Part shown: positions 54,425 to 63,464 of the stretch, one piece after another | How positions within the stretch are numbered: position 1 is the stretch's first letter | How the letters are laid out: each line of letters begins with the position of its first letter | Assembly (NCBI GenBank): GCA_034926235.1 | Contig: JAYFRE010000128.1 | Location: 7,010 to 71,009, forward strand | Length of the DNA: 64,000 nt | Source: Rhodospirillaceae bacterium | GTDB lineage: Bacteria; Pseudomonadota; Alphaproteobacteria; Rhodospirillales; Magnetospirillaceae | Direction of reading: 5' to 3' | The notes under the pieces: model-generated | Seen by the model: the letters and a program-made list of their open reading frames with translations, nothing else | Database searches by the model: none | Told to the model about the DNA's origin: nothing | Position numbers and translations under genes: made by a program

Positions 54425-56245
54425 ATGAACCGCTATCCAAGGTGGAAATACCTCATCATCCTGGCTGCCCTGGTGATGAGCATCCTGTATGCGACCCCCA
54501 ACCTGTTCGGCGAGGTGCCGGCGGTCCAGGTCTCGCCGATCAGTTCCGTCACCCAGGTCGATCAGGGATTGATGGACAAGGTGGTCGGGGTGCTGGACAA
54601 GGCCGGCATTGCCTATAACGGGGTTTTGGCCGATCAGACCGGTGTCAAGGTCCGTCTGGCCGACACTAGCATCCAGCTTCAGGCCAAGGATGCCCTGCAA
54701 CAGGTCTTCGGCTCTAATTACACGGTGGCCCTGAACCTGCTGCCGGCGACGCCGTCCTGGATGCGTTCGATCGGGGCGCTGCCGATGTATCTCGGCCTGG
54801 ATCTGCGCGGCGGCGTTCATTTCCTGATGCAGGTCGATATGCGGGCGGCGCTGAACAAGCAGCTTGACCGACAGAGCAATGACGTGCGCAGCCAGTTACG
54901 CGACGCCAAGGTGCCGCTGGCCGGAATCGTGCGCGACGACCAGTCGCTGGTGGTTCGTTTCCGCGACGCCGAAACCCGTGCCCAGGGGCAGGAAGTCCTG
55001 CGCAAGGGCTTGCGTGAAATGACGGTGCGCGAAATCGACGCGACCCGCTTGGCGCTGACGCCGACCGAAACCGGGCTGAAAAGCTTCCAGGATCAGGCGC
55101 TGAAGCAGAATGTGCTGACGCTGCGCAACCGCATCAACGAATTGGGCGTGGCCGAACCGGTCATCCAGCAGCAAGGGGCGGACCGCGTCGTGGTGCAGCT
55201 TCCTGGCGTGCAGGATACGGCCAAGGCCAAGGACATTCTGGGCCGGACCGCCAGCCTGGAAATCCGCATGGTCGATGAAGAGAACATGAACGCCACCTCC
55301 TTGGCGCAGGCGGCGCGCGGCCTGGTGCCTCCGGGGGCGGATTATTACGAGGGCGGGCGCGACGGCCAGCCGCTTTTGGTCAAAAAGCAGATCGTTCTGA
55401 CCGGCGAGGATATTTCCAACGCTTCGGCGGGCTTTGACGGGCGCACCAACGAACCGGCGGTGCATATCACTCTAGACACGCGTGGGGCGCGGATTTTTTC
55501 CCAGGTGACGCGCAACAGCGTCGGCAAGCGCATGGCCATCATCCTGGTCGAAAAAGGCAAGGGCGAGGTGGTGACCGCGCCGGTCATCCGCCAGCAGATT
55601 GATGGCGGGCAGGTGCAGATCACCGGCACCATGACCACCAAGGATGCTTCGGACGTGGCGTTGCTGCTGCGCGCCGGCGCGCTGGCCGCGCCGATGGAGA
55701 TCATCGAAGAACGCACCATCGGCCCCAGCCTGGGGGCGGAAAACATCGAAAAAGGTCTGCATTCGGTGCTGTGGGGCTTCATGGCCATCGCGGTGTTCAT
55801 GTCGTTCTACTACAAGCGCATCGGCGTCTATTCCGTGCTGGCGCTGGGGTTCAACGTGTTGCTGCTGGTGGCGCTGCTGTCGATCATCCAGGCGACGCTG
55901 ACCTTGCCCGGTATCGCGGCCATCGCGCTGACCATAGGCATGGCGATCGACGCCAACGTGCTGATCAATGAACGGGTACGCGAAGAGTTGCGCGCCGGTC
56001 AATCGCCGCAAGCGGCCATCCATGCCGGCTACAGCCATGCGTTCCGCACTATTCTTGACACCAACATCACCACGCTGATCGCGGGCGTCGCTTTGTTCAT
56101 CTATGGGTCTGGACCGGTGCGCGGTTTCGCCGTGGTGCTGTGCCTGGGCATCCTGACCTCGATGTTCAGCGCGGTGCTGGGGTCGCGCGCCCTGGTCAAT
56201 CTGACCTATGGACGCATGCGCAAGATCGATCATCTGTCCATCTGA
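54425..56245 (+). CDS. secD: Protein translocase subunit SecD
   Basis: 606 aa. MNRYPRWKYLII..., LGLDLRGGVHF, and a C-terminal six-TM bundle with GIAAIALTIGMAIDANVLINERVREE. Confidence 0.9.
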   Translation: MNRYPRWKYLIILAALVMSILYATPNLFGEVPAVQVSPISSVTQVDQGLMDKVVGVLDKAGIAYNGVLADQTGVKVRLADTSIQLQAKDALQQVFGSNYTVALNLLPATPSWMRSIGALPMYLGLDLRGGVHFLMQVDMRAALNKQLDRQSNDVRSQLRDAKVPLAGIVRDDQSLVVRFRDAETRAQGQEVLRKGLREMTVREIDATRLALTPTETGLKSFQDQALKQNVLTLRNRINELGVAEPVIQQQGADRVVVQLPGVQDTAKAKDILGRTASLEIRMVDEENMNATSLAQAARGLVPPGADYYEGGRDGQPLLVKKQIVLTGEDISNASAGFDGRTNEPAVHITLDTRGARIFSQVTRNSVGKRMAIILVEKGKGEVVTAPVIRQQIDGGQVQITGTMTTKDASDVALLLRAGALAAPMEIIEERTIGPSLGAENIEKGLHSVLWGFMAIAVFMSFYYKRIGVYSVLALGFNVLLLVALLSIIQATLTLPGIAAIALTIGMAIDANVLINERVREELRAGQSPQAAIHAGYSHAFRTILDTNITTLIAGVALFIYGSGPVRGFAVVLCLGILTSMFSAVLGSRALVNLTYGRMRKIDHLSI

Positions 56246-56268
56246 ACGGGATTTCGGAGCCAAAGATC

Positions 56269-57204
56269 ATGGAAATCTTCCATTTCAAGCGCGATATCCC
56301 GTGCATGAGCTGGTCGAAGGTGACGATCGTCATCTCGCTGGTCACCTTCTTGTTGTCGGTGTTCTTCCTGACGACGCGAGGGCTGCATTTAAGCGTCGAA
56401 TTCACCGGCGGCACGCTGGTCGAGGTGCATTTCGAGCAGACGCTGCCGGCATCGCAAGTGCAGGATATCCTGGTCGAGCACGGTTTCCCGGAACCTTCGG
56501 TGCAGAATTTCGGCACCTCGGCGGACATGATCATCCGACTGGCGCTGAAGGACGGCATGTCCTCGGCGCAATTGTCCGAGGATGTGATCGCGACCTTGCG
56601 CGCAGCCGATCCAGGCGTCCAATTGCGTCGGGTCGAATTCATCGGGCCTCAGGTCGGTGAAGAACTGGTCCATGACGGCCTGAAGGCCATGCTGCTGGTC
56701 GCCGTCGGCATTGTCGCCTATCTGACCTTCCGCTTTGAATGGCGGTTCGCGGTGGCGGCGATCATCTCGAACTTCCACGATCTGACGATCGTTCTGGGCT
56801 TCTTCGCCTTCTTCCAATGGGAATTCTCACTGACCGTGCTGGCGGCGGTGCTGTCGATCCTGGGCTATTCGGTCAACGAAACCGTGGTCGTGTTCGACCG
56901 CGCCCGCGAAAATTTCCGCAAATACAAGAAGGCCAGCACCGCCGAAATCCTGAACAACGCGATCACCACCACCATGTCGCGCACCGTGATCACGCATGGC
57001 TGCACCGAGGCGGCGGTGCTGTCGATGTTCTTCTTCGGCGGCCCGTCGCTGCATTATTTCGCCCTGGCGCTGACCATCGGCATCATCTTCGGCATCTATT
57101 CGTCGATCTTTGTCTCCTGCCCTCTGGTGATGTGGATGGGTGCAGACCGCAGCCACTTCGTCAAGACCGACCAACCCGCCAAGAACGCCGACGCCCGGCC
57201 CTGA
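56269..57204 (+). CDS. secF: Protein translocase subunit SecF
   Basis: 311 aa from MEIFHFKRD. LSVEFTGGT..., LGYSVNETVVVFDRAREN. The track ORF's upstream part overlaps secD and was trimmed. Confidence 0.9.
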   Translation: MEIFHFKRDIPCMSWSKVTIVISLVTFLLSVFFLTTRGLHLSVEFTGGTLVEVHFEQTLPASQVQDILVEHGFPEPSVQNFGTSADMIIRLALKDGMSSAQLSEDVIATLRAADPGVQLRRVEFIGPQVGEELVHDGLKAMLLVAVGIVAYLTFRFEWRFAVAAIISNFHDLTIVLGFFAFFQWEFSLTVLAAVLSILGYSVNETVVVFDRARENFRKYKKASTAEILNNAITTTMSRTVITHGCTEAAVLSMFFFGGPSLHYFALALTIGIIFGIYSSIFVSCPLVMWMGADRSHFVKTDQPAKNADARP

Positions 57205-57569
57205 AGCGGGGGGACGTCGCAGAAGCTGAACGCAAACGACAAGCGGCAACCCAAGCGAGCTCGACTTGAGCTGATGCGCCAGCCCGCGTAAGATAGCTCG
57301 GTTGTCGTTTTTCCCCTATTCCCGATGAGCCTTTCTCAGCAATGAAGTGGGGAGAGATACATGAGCAAAATCAGTCTTACCCTGGGAGACCGGATCGATT
57401 GAATGTCTAATATATGATCCCAATCTCACTGGGGCCGCGTGCGAGAAAAACGCATACTCATCCCCGCGCATATCCAGTATAAGAACAGTACCTTAATAAG
57501 GTATGACCCCGGCATGGTAAAACACGCATGAAAAATTCGCAAAATCTTTTAGAAATGTAGTGATAATAA

Positions 57570-58442
57570 ATGCGCATCTTGGTCCATGTTCACGTTTTTT
57601 ATAAAGAAATATGGCCTGAAATCCAAGATTTTTTAAAGAATCTAGATGGATTTGATTGGGATCTATATATAACAACCGTTCATGACGACTTTGAACCCAA
57701 TTCAGATGTCATTGCTTTAGCTAGCCATGCAGATGTCCATGTAGTGGAAAATAAAGGATATGACGTCGGACCATTTATATGGGTTATTAATAATGTAGAT
57801 ATTGAACGATATGATTATATTGTAAAACTTCATACAAAAAGAGACGTAAGTTACAAAACTATTCCCGGAAATTACCTCCTTGGCGGAAAAAGATGGAGGA
57901 AAAAACTACTTTCTTTTATAGAATCTAAGGATAACATAAGAAAATGCATATCAACAATGGAGAATAACAAAAGCATAGGAATGTGCGGAAATTATCTATT
58001 AATTATGGACGATTCCTCAGATCGTGATATCCCCTCCATGGAGGGCGCGCGCCTTATATTGAAAGAGAATTTTTTGTACTCAGGGAGTATAAGATTTATT
58101 TGTGGAACGATGTTCATAGTAAGAGCAAGAATTTTTGAGCCCATCATAAACATGAATATAAATATAGGGGAGTTTGCCGAATCGTCGATTAATAGGAAAT
58201 CGTCTCTAGCGCATATGATGGAAAGAGTATTTGGCGCAATGGTTATATATCAAGGGTTCACTATTGAGGACTGTTTTACAGAAAACAAACTATATATTAG
58301 TTATTTAGAGAGATCTGTCGGATTAATAGTAAATATATTGTTTGATGTACAAAGATTTATATTTCAATGTAAGAAAACAAAAAATAATAACATAATTATA
58401 AAAATAATGAAAATACCTGTGTATGTAAAAAAAATAAAATGA
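57570..58442 (+). CDS. Rhamnan-synthesis-protein-F (RgpF)-like glycan biosynthesis protein
   Basis: 290 aa and AT-rich. The N-terminal RILVHVHVFYKEIWPEI, VENKGYDVGPFIWVI and KLHTKRD resemble the HLYY.., NRGRDI.PF and K.HTK motifs of the RgpF family as I recall them. Confidence 0.55.
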   Translation: MRILVHVHVFYKEIWPEIQDFLKNLDGFDWDLYITTVHDDFEPNSDVIALASHADVHVVENKGYDVGPFIWVINNVDIERYDYIVKLHTKRDVSYKTIPGNYLLGGKRWRKKLLSFIESKDNIRKCISTMENNKSIGMCGNYLLIMDDSSDRDIPSMEGARLILKENFLYSGSIRFICGTMFIVRARIFEPIINMNINIGEFAESSINRKSSLAHMMERVFGAMVIYQGFTIEDCFTENKLYISYLERSVGLIVNILFDVQRFIFQCKKTKNNNIIIKIMKIPVYVKKIK

Positions 58443-58562
58443 CCAAATAGTTTTGTCTATACATCTAGCGTGCGAATCGATTCATGACATTGAAAATTAT
58501 GAAGTGGTAATTCTTATGTTTCTTTGATTGATGCTTTATTTTATACACTGGTCTAAAACATT

Positions 58563-59651
58563 ATGCCTAAATCTCCTCCCATTTTTGTTACTAAAACGTT
58601 CGTGCCACCATTGGAAGAATACGAAGCGTTCATCTCTGCTTCGTTCCAGAAGGCCCATCTTACGAATCAAGGACCGCTAGTAGTTGAGTTGGAGAAAAAA
58701 TTACGAGCCAAGCTTGGCGTCGATAATTTACAACTGGTTGCAAATGGCACCGTGGCCCTTCAGTTAGCGTTGAAAGCACTAAATATCGAGAGTGGAGAGG
58801 TGATTACCACGCCTTTTTCTTATGTTGCTACAATTTCCTCGATTCTGTGGGAGCGCTGCCAACCAGTCTTCGTCGATATCGAGCCGGACAATTTCACACT
58901 GAATCCCGCTTTACTTGAAAAAGCAATCACGCCTAGAACCCGTGCGATCATGCCGGTTCACGTGTTTGGTTATGCCTGCAACGTTGAAGCCATTCAAAAG
59001 ATCGCCGTAAGGCATGGCTTGAAGGTGATCTACGACGCAGCTCATGCATTTGGATGCCGCTATAAAGATCGTTCGCTTCTGGATTGGGGCGATGTCTCAA
59101 CATGCTCCTTCCACGCAACGAAGCTATTCCACACGGGAGAGGGCGGTGCTTGCTTGGTCCAGGATGCCAACACGAACGAAAAGTTGGATTTGATCAAGCG
59201 GTTTGGCCACAGTGGCGACGAACATTTTAGGCTTGGAATCAATGCTAAAATGTCGGAGTTGCACGCTGGCATGGGACTAGCAGTTCTTCCCTATCTTCCG
59301 GAAATTATCAAAGCCCGTAGAGAAATATCAGAGCTTTACGACCGGCTTTTATGCAATCTGGTTGGACGTCCTTTGCCACAAGACGGGCTGGATTATAATT
59401 ACGCTTATTATCCGGTTCTGTTCAGGGATGAGACCCAACTCTTAAGAATATTTGATGCGTTAGCAGTGCAGAATATCTATCCGCGGCGCTATTTCTATCC
59501 GGCGCTGAATAAGTTACCGTATCTAACGGATATGACTTCTTGCTTTGTGGCCGAAGATGTTTCTTCGCGCATTGCTTGCCTTCCCCTTTTCCCGGATCTG
59601 TCCATAGATGATGTGTGTCGCATCTGTCGCACTATAGAAGCTAATTTATAG
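58563..59651 (+). CDS. DegT/DnrJ/EryC1/StrS family PLP-dependent sugar aminotransferase
   Basis: 362 aa. LVANGTVALQLALKAL, ITTPFSYVAT, YDAAHAFG and SFHATKLFHTGEGG (PLP-binding Lys). Confidence 0.85.
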   Translation: MPKSPPIFVTKTFVPPLEEYEAFISASFQKAHLTNQGPLVVELEKKLRAKLGVDNLQLVANGTVALQLALKALNIESGEVITTPFSYVATISSILWERCQPVFVDIEPDNFTLNPALLEKAITPRTRAIMPVHVFGYACNVEAIQKIAVRHGLKVIYDAAHAFGCRYKDRSLLDWGDVSTCSFHATKLFHTGEGGACLVQDANTNEKLDLIKRFGHSGDEHFRLGINAKMSELHAGMGLAVLPYLPEIIKARREISELYDRLLCNLVGRPLPQDGLDYNYAYYPVLFRDETQLLRIFDALAVQNIYPRRYFYPALNKLPYLTDMTSCFVAEDVSSRIACLPLFPDLSIDDVCRICRTIEANL

Positions 59652-59747
59652 TCGACAAAACATTCTATCATGGACATATTTTAAGATTGTTTTTGGGGGT
59701 CAAGGCTGTTCCAGCAAGAGCATTGATTTGATGCTGTTTACTTATGG

Positions 59748-60764
59748 CTAGAAAAAGTCATCTCTCAAAAGGTTGTTCATTTTCTGGTCATATTTAGCAC
59801 GTAAGCGGCCAAAGGTAATTTTGGATAAAAATCTATATTTTATATATGCTATAGAATTTTTTGGGAGGATATGAGTTTTTTCTTTTTTTAGGGATGAATC
59901 ATATAAGTGGGGAAACTCTTGATAGAATTTTTGTATTTCATCCCAGCAATGGTTCCGGAACAGTGCAGCTAAAGTTTTTTTTGCTAATTTTTTTATATTT
60001 AAGGCACGGTCAACATGGAAATGATCTTCGAGTGCTTTGTAAAAACGGATATGAGCTGCTCCACACTTGATAAACCAGGCATCTGTAATGCCTGCACCAG
60101 CCCAGATTCCTCCGCCCCATTTTCTGTATACGGCCATGGCATCTGGAATGAAGCCTATTTTCCCAGTTTCGGCATGTAATAAATGCAAAAAATGATCGGC
60201 AGGAAGAATATTCATAGGGAATACGTCTTTTATTTTTTCTTCAGTTAGAAATCTCCACCGATACATGCAGGAATTAGTCTGTATAAAATTCACTTTAAGT
60301 AAATATTCTAGATTTAACTCTTTATTATTCACAAGTTTCTTTGGTGGAAAAAAGTCATTTTTATTTAATTCATTTTCATATTCGATAAGAACAGGATGAA
60401 AACATAAAGAAAAATCTGGATTTGAATCCAAGAAATCTACTTGTTTTTGCAATTTAAACGGGTCATTAAAATAATCATCCCCCTCATTATAAATAACATA
60501 TTTTGATTTTGCCATAGAAATGGTGTCAATAAAATTATTCATTGGGCCAATATTTATTTTTCTTAATATAGGATCTATGATGTCTGGATGTTTTTCGGCG
60601 TAATGGAGAATTATTTTTTGTGTTTCATCAGTTGATGCATCATCTCCAATAATTATTTTAAATTTAAAATTAGTTTTTTGCATTAGAATGCTTTCTAATG
60701 TTTGCTTAATGAACCTTTCGTGATTATACGTTATCGAAACAACTGTTAGTTTTTCCCTAATCAT
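59748..60764 (-). CDS. Family 2 glycosyltransferase
   Basis: LTVVSITYNHERFIKQTLESILMQKT...IIIGDDASTDET...YNEGDDYF is the GT-A/GT2 N-terminal signature (DxD-like DDY). Confidence 0.8.
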   Translation of the reverse strand: MIREKLTVVSITYNHERFIKQTLESILMQKTNFKFKIIIGDDASTDETQKIILHYAEKHPDIIDPILRKINIGPMNNFIDTISMAKSKYVIYNEGDDYFNDPFKLQKQVDFLDSNPDFSLCFHPVLIEYENELNKNDFFPPKKLVNNKELNLEYLLKVNFIQTNSCMYRWRFLTEEKIKDVFPMNILPADHFLHLLHAETGKIGFIPDAMAVYRKWGGGIWAGAGITDAWFIKCGAAHIRFYKALEDHFHVDRALNIKKLAKKTLAALFRNHCWDEIQKFYQEFPHLYDSSLKKEKTHILPKNSIAYIKYRFLSKITFGRLRAKYDQKMNNLLRDDFF

Positions 60765-61236
60765 TCACTTAGAACTCCATAATTAATTTAAAGATTGTCC
60801 TTTATGTTCACCCTATAGGTTGGGCCGCTTTAGCTTGTTCCTGTATGATGATAGGAATATGCCACGAACTCGATTTTGCACAAGGGAAGGCTTGAACGAT
60901 GGCAGGATTTATCCAATGATATAGGACTGTAAAGCGATGTAGCGACTAAATGCGGCTTGTCTCTTTCGATTGGTCACCCTAAATGAGGGAAAGAGACTTT
61001 GGACCCAATTGATATGCGCTTGGCGGTGCAGTCTGTGGTTAGAAAATTCACTCCCTCCGTTATTCATCTTTTGTAACAAATAAAGAAGTAGGTCAGGGAC
61101 TGATTATCAATCTATGGTCATTTGACCGGATAACACATCTATATCTGAGTATGAGGGATTTCAGGAATGAGCCTTTTTGTTCATAGCCTAAAAAAAACAA
61201 TAAGTGATAATTATTATAACAATAATCTGGGCATGA

Positions 61237-62256
61237 GTGAAATACCGCGAGATTTTTATGCTATACGCAGTAAAAATATATCTTTTCTTAAAAAAAATAC
61301 GTATAGCGCTTGGATTAAAGAAAATAAATTTTGAGAATTTATTTAGTGAAAAATTAAGAGGTGTTTCACTGGAAGATCTAGAGAAAACATATAGTTTATT
61401 GAAGGGCGATTATTCAAAAAAATTGTTTGTTGACCTTATTTCTATGCGGGTTATCGGAGGAAAAATTTCCTTAGATATTGAGGCTAATGAAGTATGGCGA
61501 TTGCTTCCAGGCATAGAAAAAAATATGAAGGATGACGTAATAAAAACAAAAAATTATGATTTAAATCTACACGCTTTAGGCGGAATTGGTTTTCCTATCA
61601 ATATGTATAATACGCCGATGGCTATTTTTACAGATTTTATCCTTAAACAATATGAGTTTTGCAAATACGATATTGTTTGCAAGGTGGAAAGAGGCGATTT
61701 TGTAATAGATGGAGGGGGGTGTTTCGGAGATACTGCTTTGTATTTTTCATACGAATCAGGAGATGAGGGGAAAGTTTTTTCATTTGAGTTTATAAAAGAA
61801 AATATAGATATTTTTAATAAAAATGTAAGTTTAAATCCTAATTTTAGAAAAAATATAAATCTTGTTCAATATCCGTTGTGGAGCGCACCTGGAAAGAATT
61901 TATATGTAATAAATGACGGTCCTGCATCAAAGGTGCTGCTGGACAAGCCGGATGGAGATGTTCCTATTGAAATTATAAAAACGATTTCTATCGATGAATT
62001 CGTAAAAGTTAATAATATTAAAAAAATAGATTTTATTAAGCTTGATATTGAAGGTGCTGAACCGGAAGCTCTTTGTGGAGCAGAATGGGTGATAAGAAAA
62101 TTCAGACCGAAACTAGCTATCTGCCTGTATCATGATATACAGCACTTCTCAACAATACCGTCGTTTATAGACGGTCTTAATCTAAACTATGATTTTTACC
62201 TTGACCACTTCACGCCACATTTTGGAGAAACAGTTTTATTTGCTAACCCGAGGTGA
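61237..62256 (+). CDS. FkbM family methyltransferase with about 140-aa N-terminal extension
   Basis: VIDGGGCFGDTALYFS (SAM-binding Gly-rich loop), FEFIKENIDIF and IDFIKLDIEGAEPEAL are FkbM-family motifs. GTG start at 61237, with an alternative ATG at 61258. Confidence 0.7.
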   Translation: MKYREIFMLYAVKIYLFLKKIRIALGLKKINFENLFSEKLRGVSLEDLEKTYSLLKGDYSKKLFVDLISMRVIGGKISLDIEANEVWRLLPGIEKNMKDDVIKTKNYDLNLHALGGIGFPINMYNTPMAIFTDFILKQYEFCKYDIVCKVERGDFVIDGGGCFGDTALYFSYESGDEGKVFSFEFIKENIDIFNKNVSLNPNFRKNINLVQYPLWSAPGKNLYVINDGPASKVLLDKPDGDVPIEIIKTISIDEFVKVNNIKKIDFIKLDIEGAEPEALCGAEWVIRKFRPKLAICLYHDIQHFSTIPSFIDGLNLNYDFYLDHFTPHFGETVLFANPR

Positions 62257-62259
62257 ACT

Positions 62260-63450
62260 GTGTTTAGTTTTTTTAAGAATACCATCAGAGATGATATTGT
62301 TCTAATTGACTCAATATTCCCGCAAGAAAAGCCTATGGGGTTCCGCAATTATGAAATAAATTATTTAATGGATTCAATAGAGGGGTGCAAAAGCTATACA
62401 ATGTATCCTATGAAACCAGGAAAAGACGCCTGGTTTAAGCATGGCTACGGTATGGAAAAGGGCGTATTTGATAATAATTTAAAAAAATATTTACATTTTT
62501 ATCCAGAAAATGAAGGAAAAATATTTCTATTAAATAAAAAAAATAAATATAAATTTAGACTGGCTTACTCACACTTTTTGGCAGAAACATTCACGTTACT
62601 TCCTTTTTTTAATAAAAATAAAATACCTTTTATATTTATATTGTACCCTGGTGGGGCATTCGGCCTTAATAATAAGAGCTCGGATAAAATGCTAAGGAAA
62701 ATATTTTCTAGCCCGTATTTTTTAAAAGTTATAACAACTCAAGAGGTAACCAAGAATTACATTATAAATAAAAAACTGTGCCCAGAAGAAAAAGTAGAGT
62801 TTATATTTGGTGGAATTTCTCAATTTAGAATAGAAGACTCTATAAAAAAGAAATTATATAAGGTGGACAAAGATACATTTGATATTTGTTTTGTTGCATT
62901 TAAATATTCTGATAAAGGTGTAGATAAGGGGTATGATTTATTTATAGAGGCAGCAAGGAGGCTCGCTAACCAATATCCAGATATGCATTTTCATGTTGTT
63001 GGTGGATTTGATGAATCTGAAATTGACGTATCTGACATCAAGAGCCAAATAAACTTTTATGGCCCTCGGCAGCCGAATTTTCTTAGAGATTTTTACTCTA
63101 AAATGGATATTTGTTTGTCCCCAAATAGACCATATAAGCTCTACGAAGGTAATTTTGATGGATTCCCGTTAGGGGCTGAGTGCATGTTTTTAGGAACGGC
63201 TCTCTTTACAACAGATGAGTTAATGAATAACAATGAATATTTTGATGATGATGAAATCATCATTATAAAGCCCGAGGCAGAAGATATTACACTAAAAATA
63301 AAAGAATATTATTTAAACACCAATAAATTATATTCTCTTTCTAAAAGGGGACAATTAAAAGTGAATAAATTAATGAACCCGGATAATGTTTTAAAAAAAA
63401 TTTCTGAAATCATTATGGAATCCGCTGAATCCTGTCGTAAAATAGGGTGA
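62260..63450 (+). CDS. Putative glycosyltransferase (GT-B, GT1/GT4-like C-terminal domain; N-terminal half unassigned)
   Basis: The C-terminal half has DICFVAFKYSDKGVDKGYDLFIEAARRL...MHFHVVGG... and GFPLGAECMFLGTALFTTD, like GT4 donor-binding domains. I do not recognise the first 190 aa or so. GTG start 4 nt after GAGGTGA. Confidence 0.5.
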   Translation: MFSFFKNTIRDDIVLIDSIFPQEKPMGFRNYEINYLMDSIEGCKSYTMYPMKPGKDAWFKHGYGMEKGVFDNNLKKYLHFYPENEGKIFLLNKKNKYKFRLAYSHFLAETFTLLPFFNKNKIPFIFILYPGGAFGLNNKSSDKMLRKIFSSPYFLKVITTQEVTKNYIINKKLCPEEKVEFIFGGISQFRIEDSIKKKLYKVDKDTFDICFVAFKYSDKGVDKGYDLFIEAARRLANQYPDMHFHVVGGFDESEIDVSDIKSQINFYGPRQPNFLRDFYSKMDICLSPNRPYKLYEGNFDGFPLGAECMFLGTALFTTDELMNNNEYFDDDEIIIIKPEAEDITLKIKEYYLNTNKLYSLSKRGQLKVNKLMNPDNVLKKISEIIMESAESCRKIG

Positions 63451-63464
63451 TTTGAAAGGAAAGT

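Noticed and set aside
57270-57300. tRNA-like fragment (…TAGCTCGGTTG…) at the island boundary as an integration target
   Set aside because: Only a D-loop-like hexamer is present. There is no acceptor stem, anticodon arm or GTTCRANNC T-loop nearby, so there is no cloverleaf.
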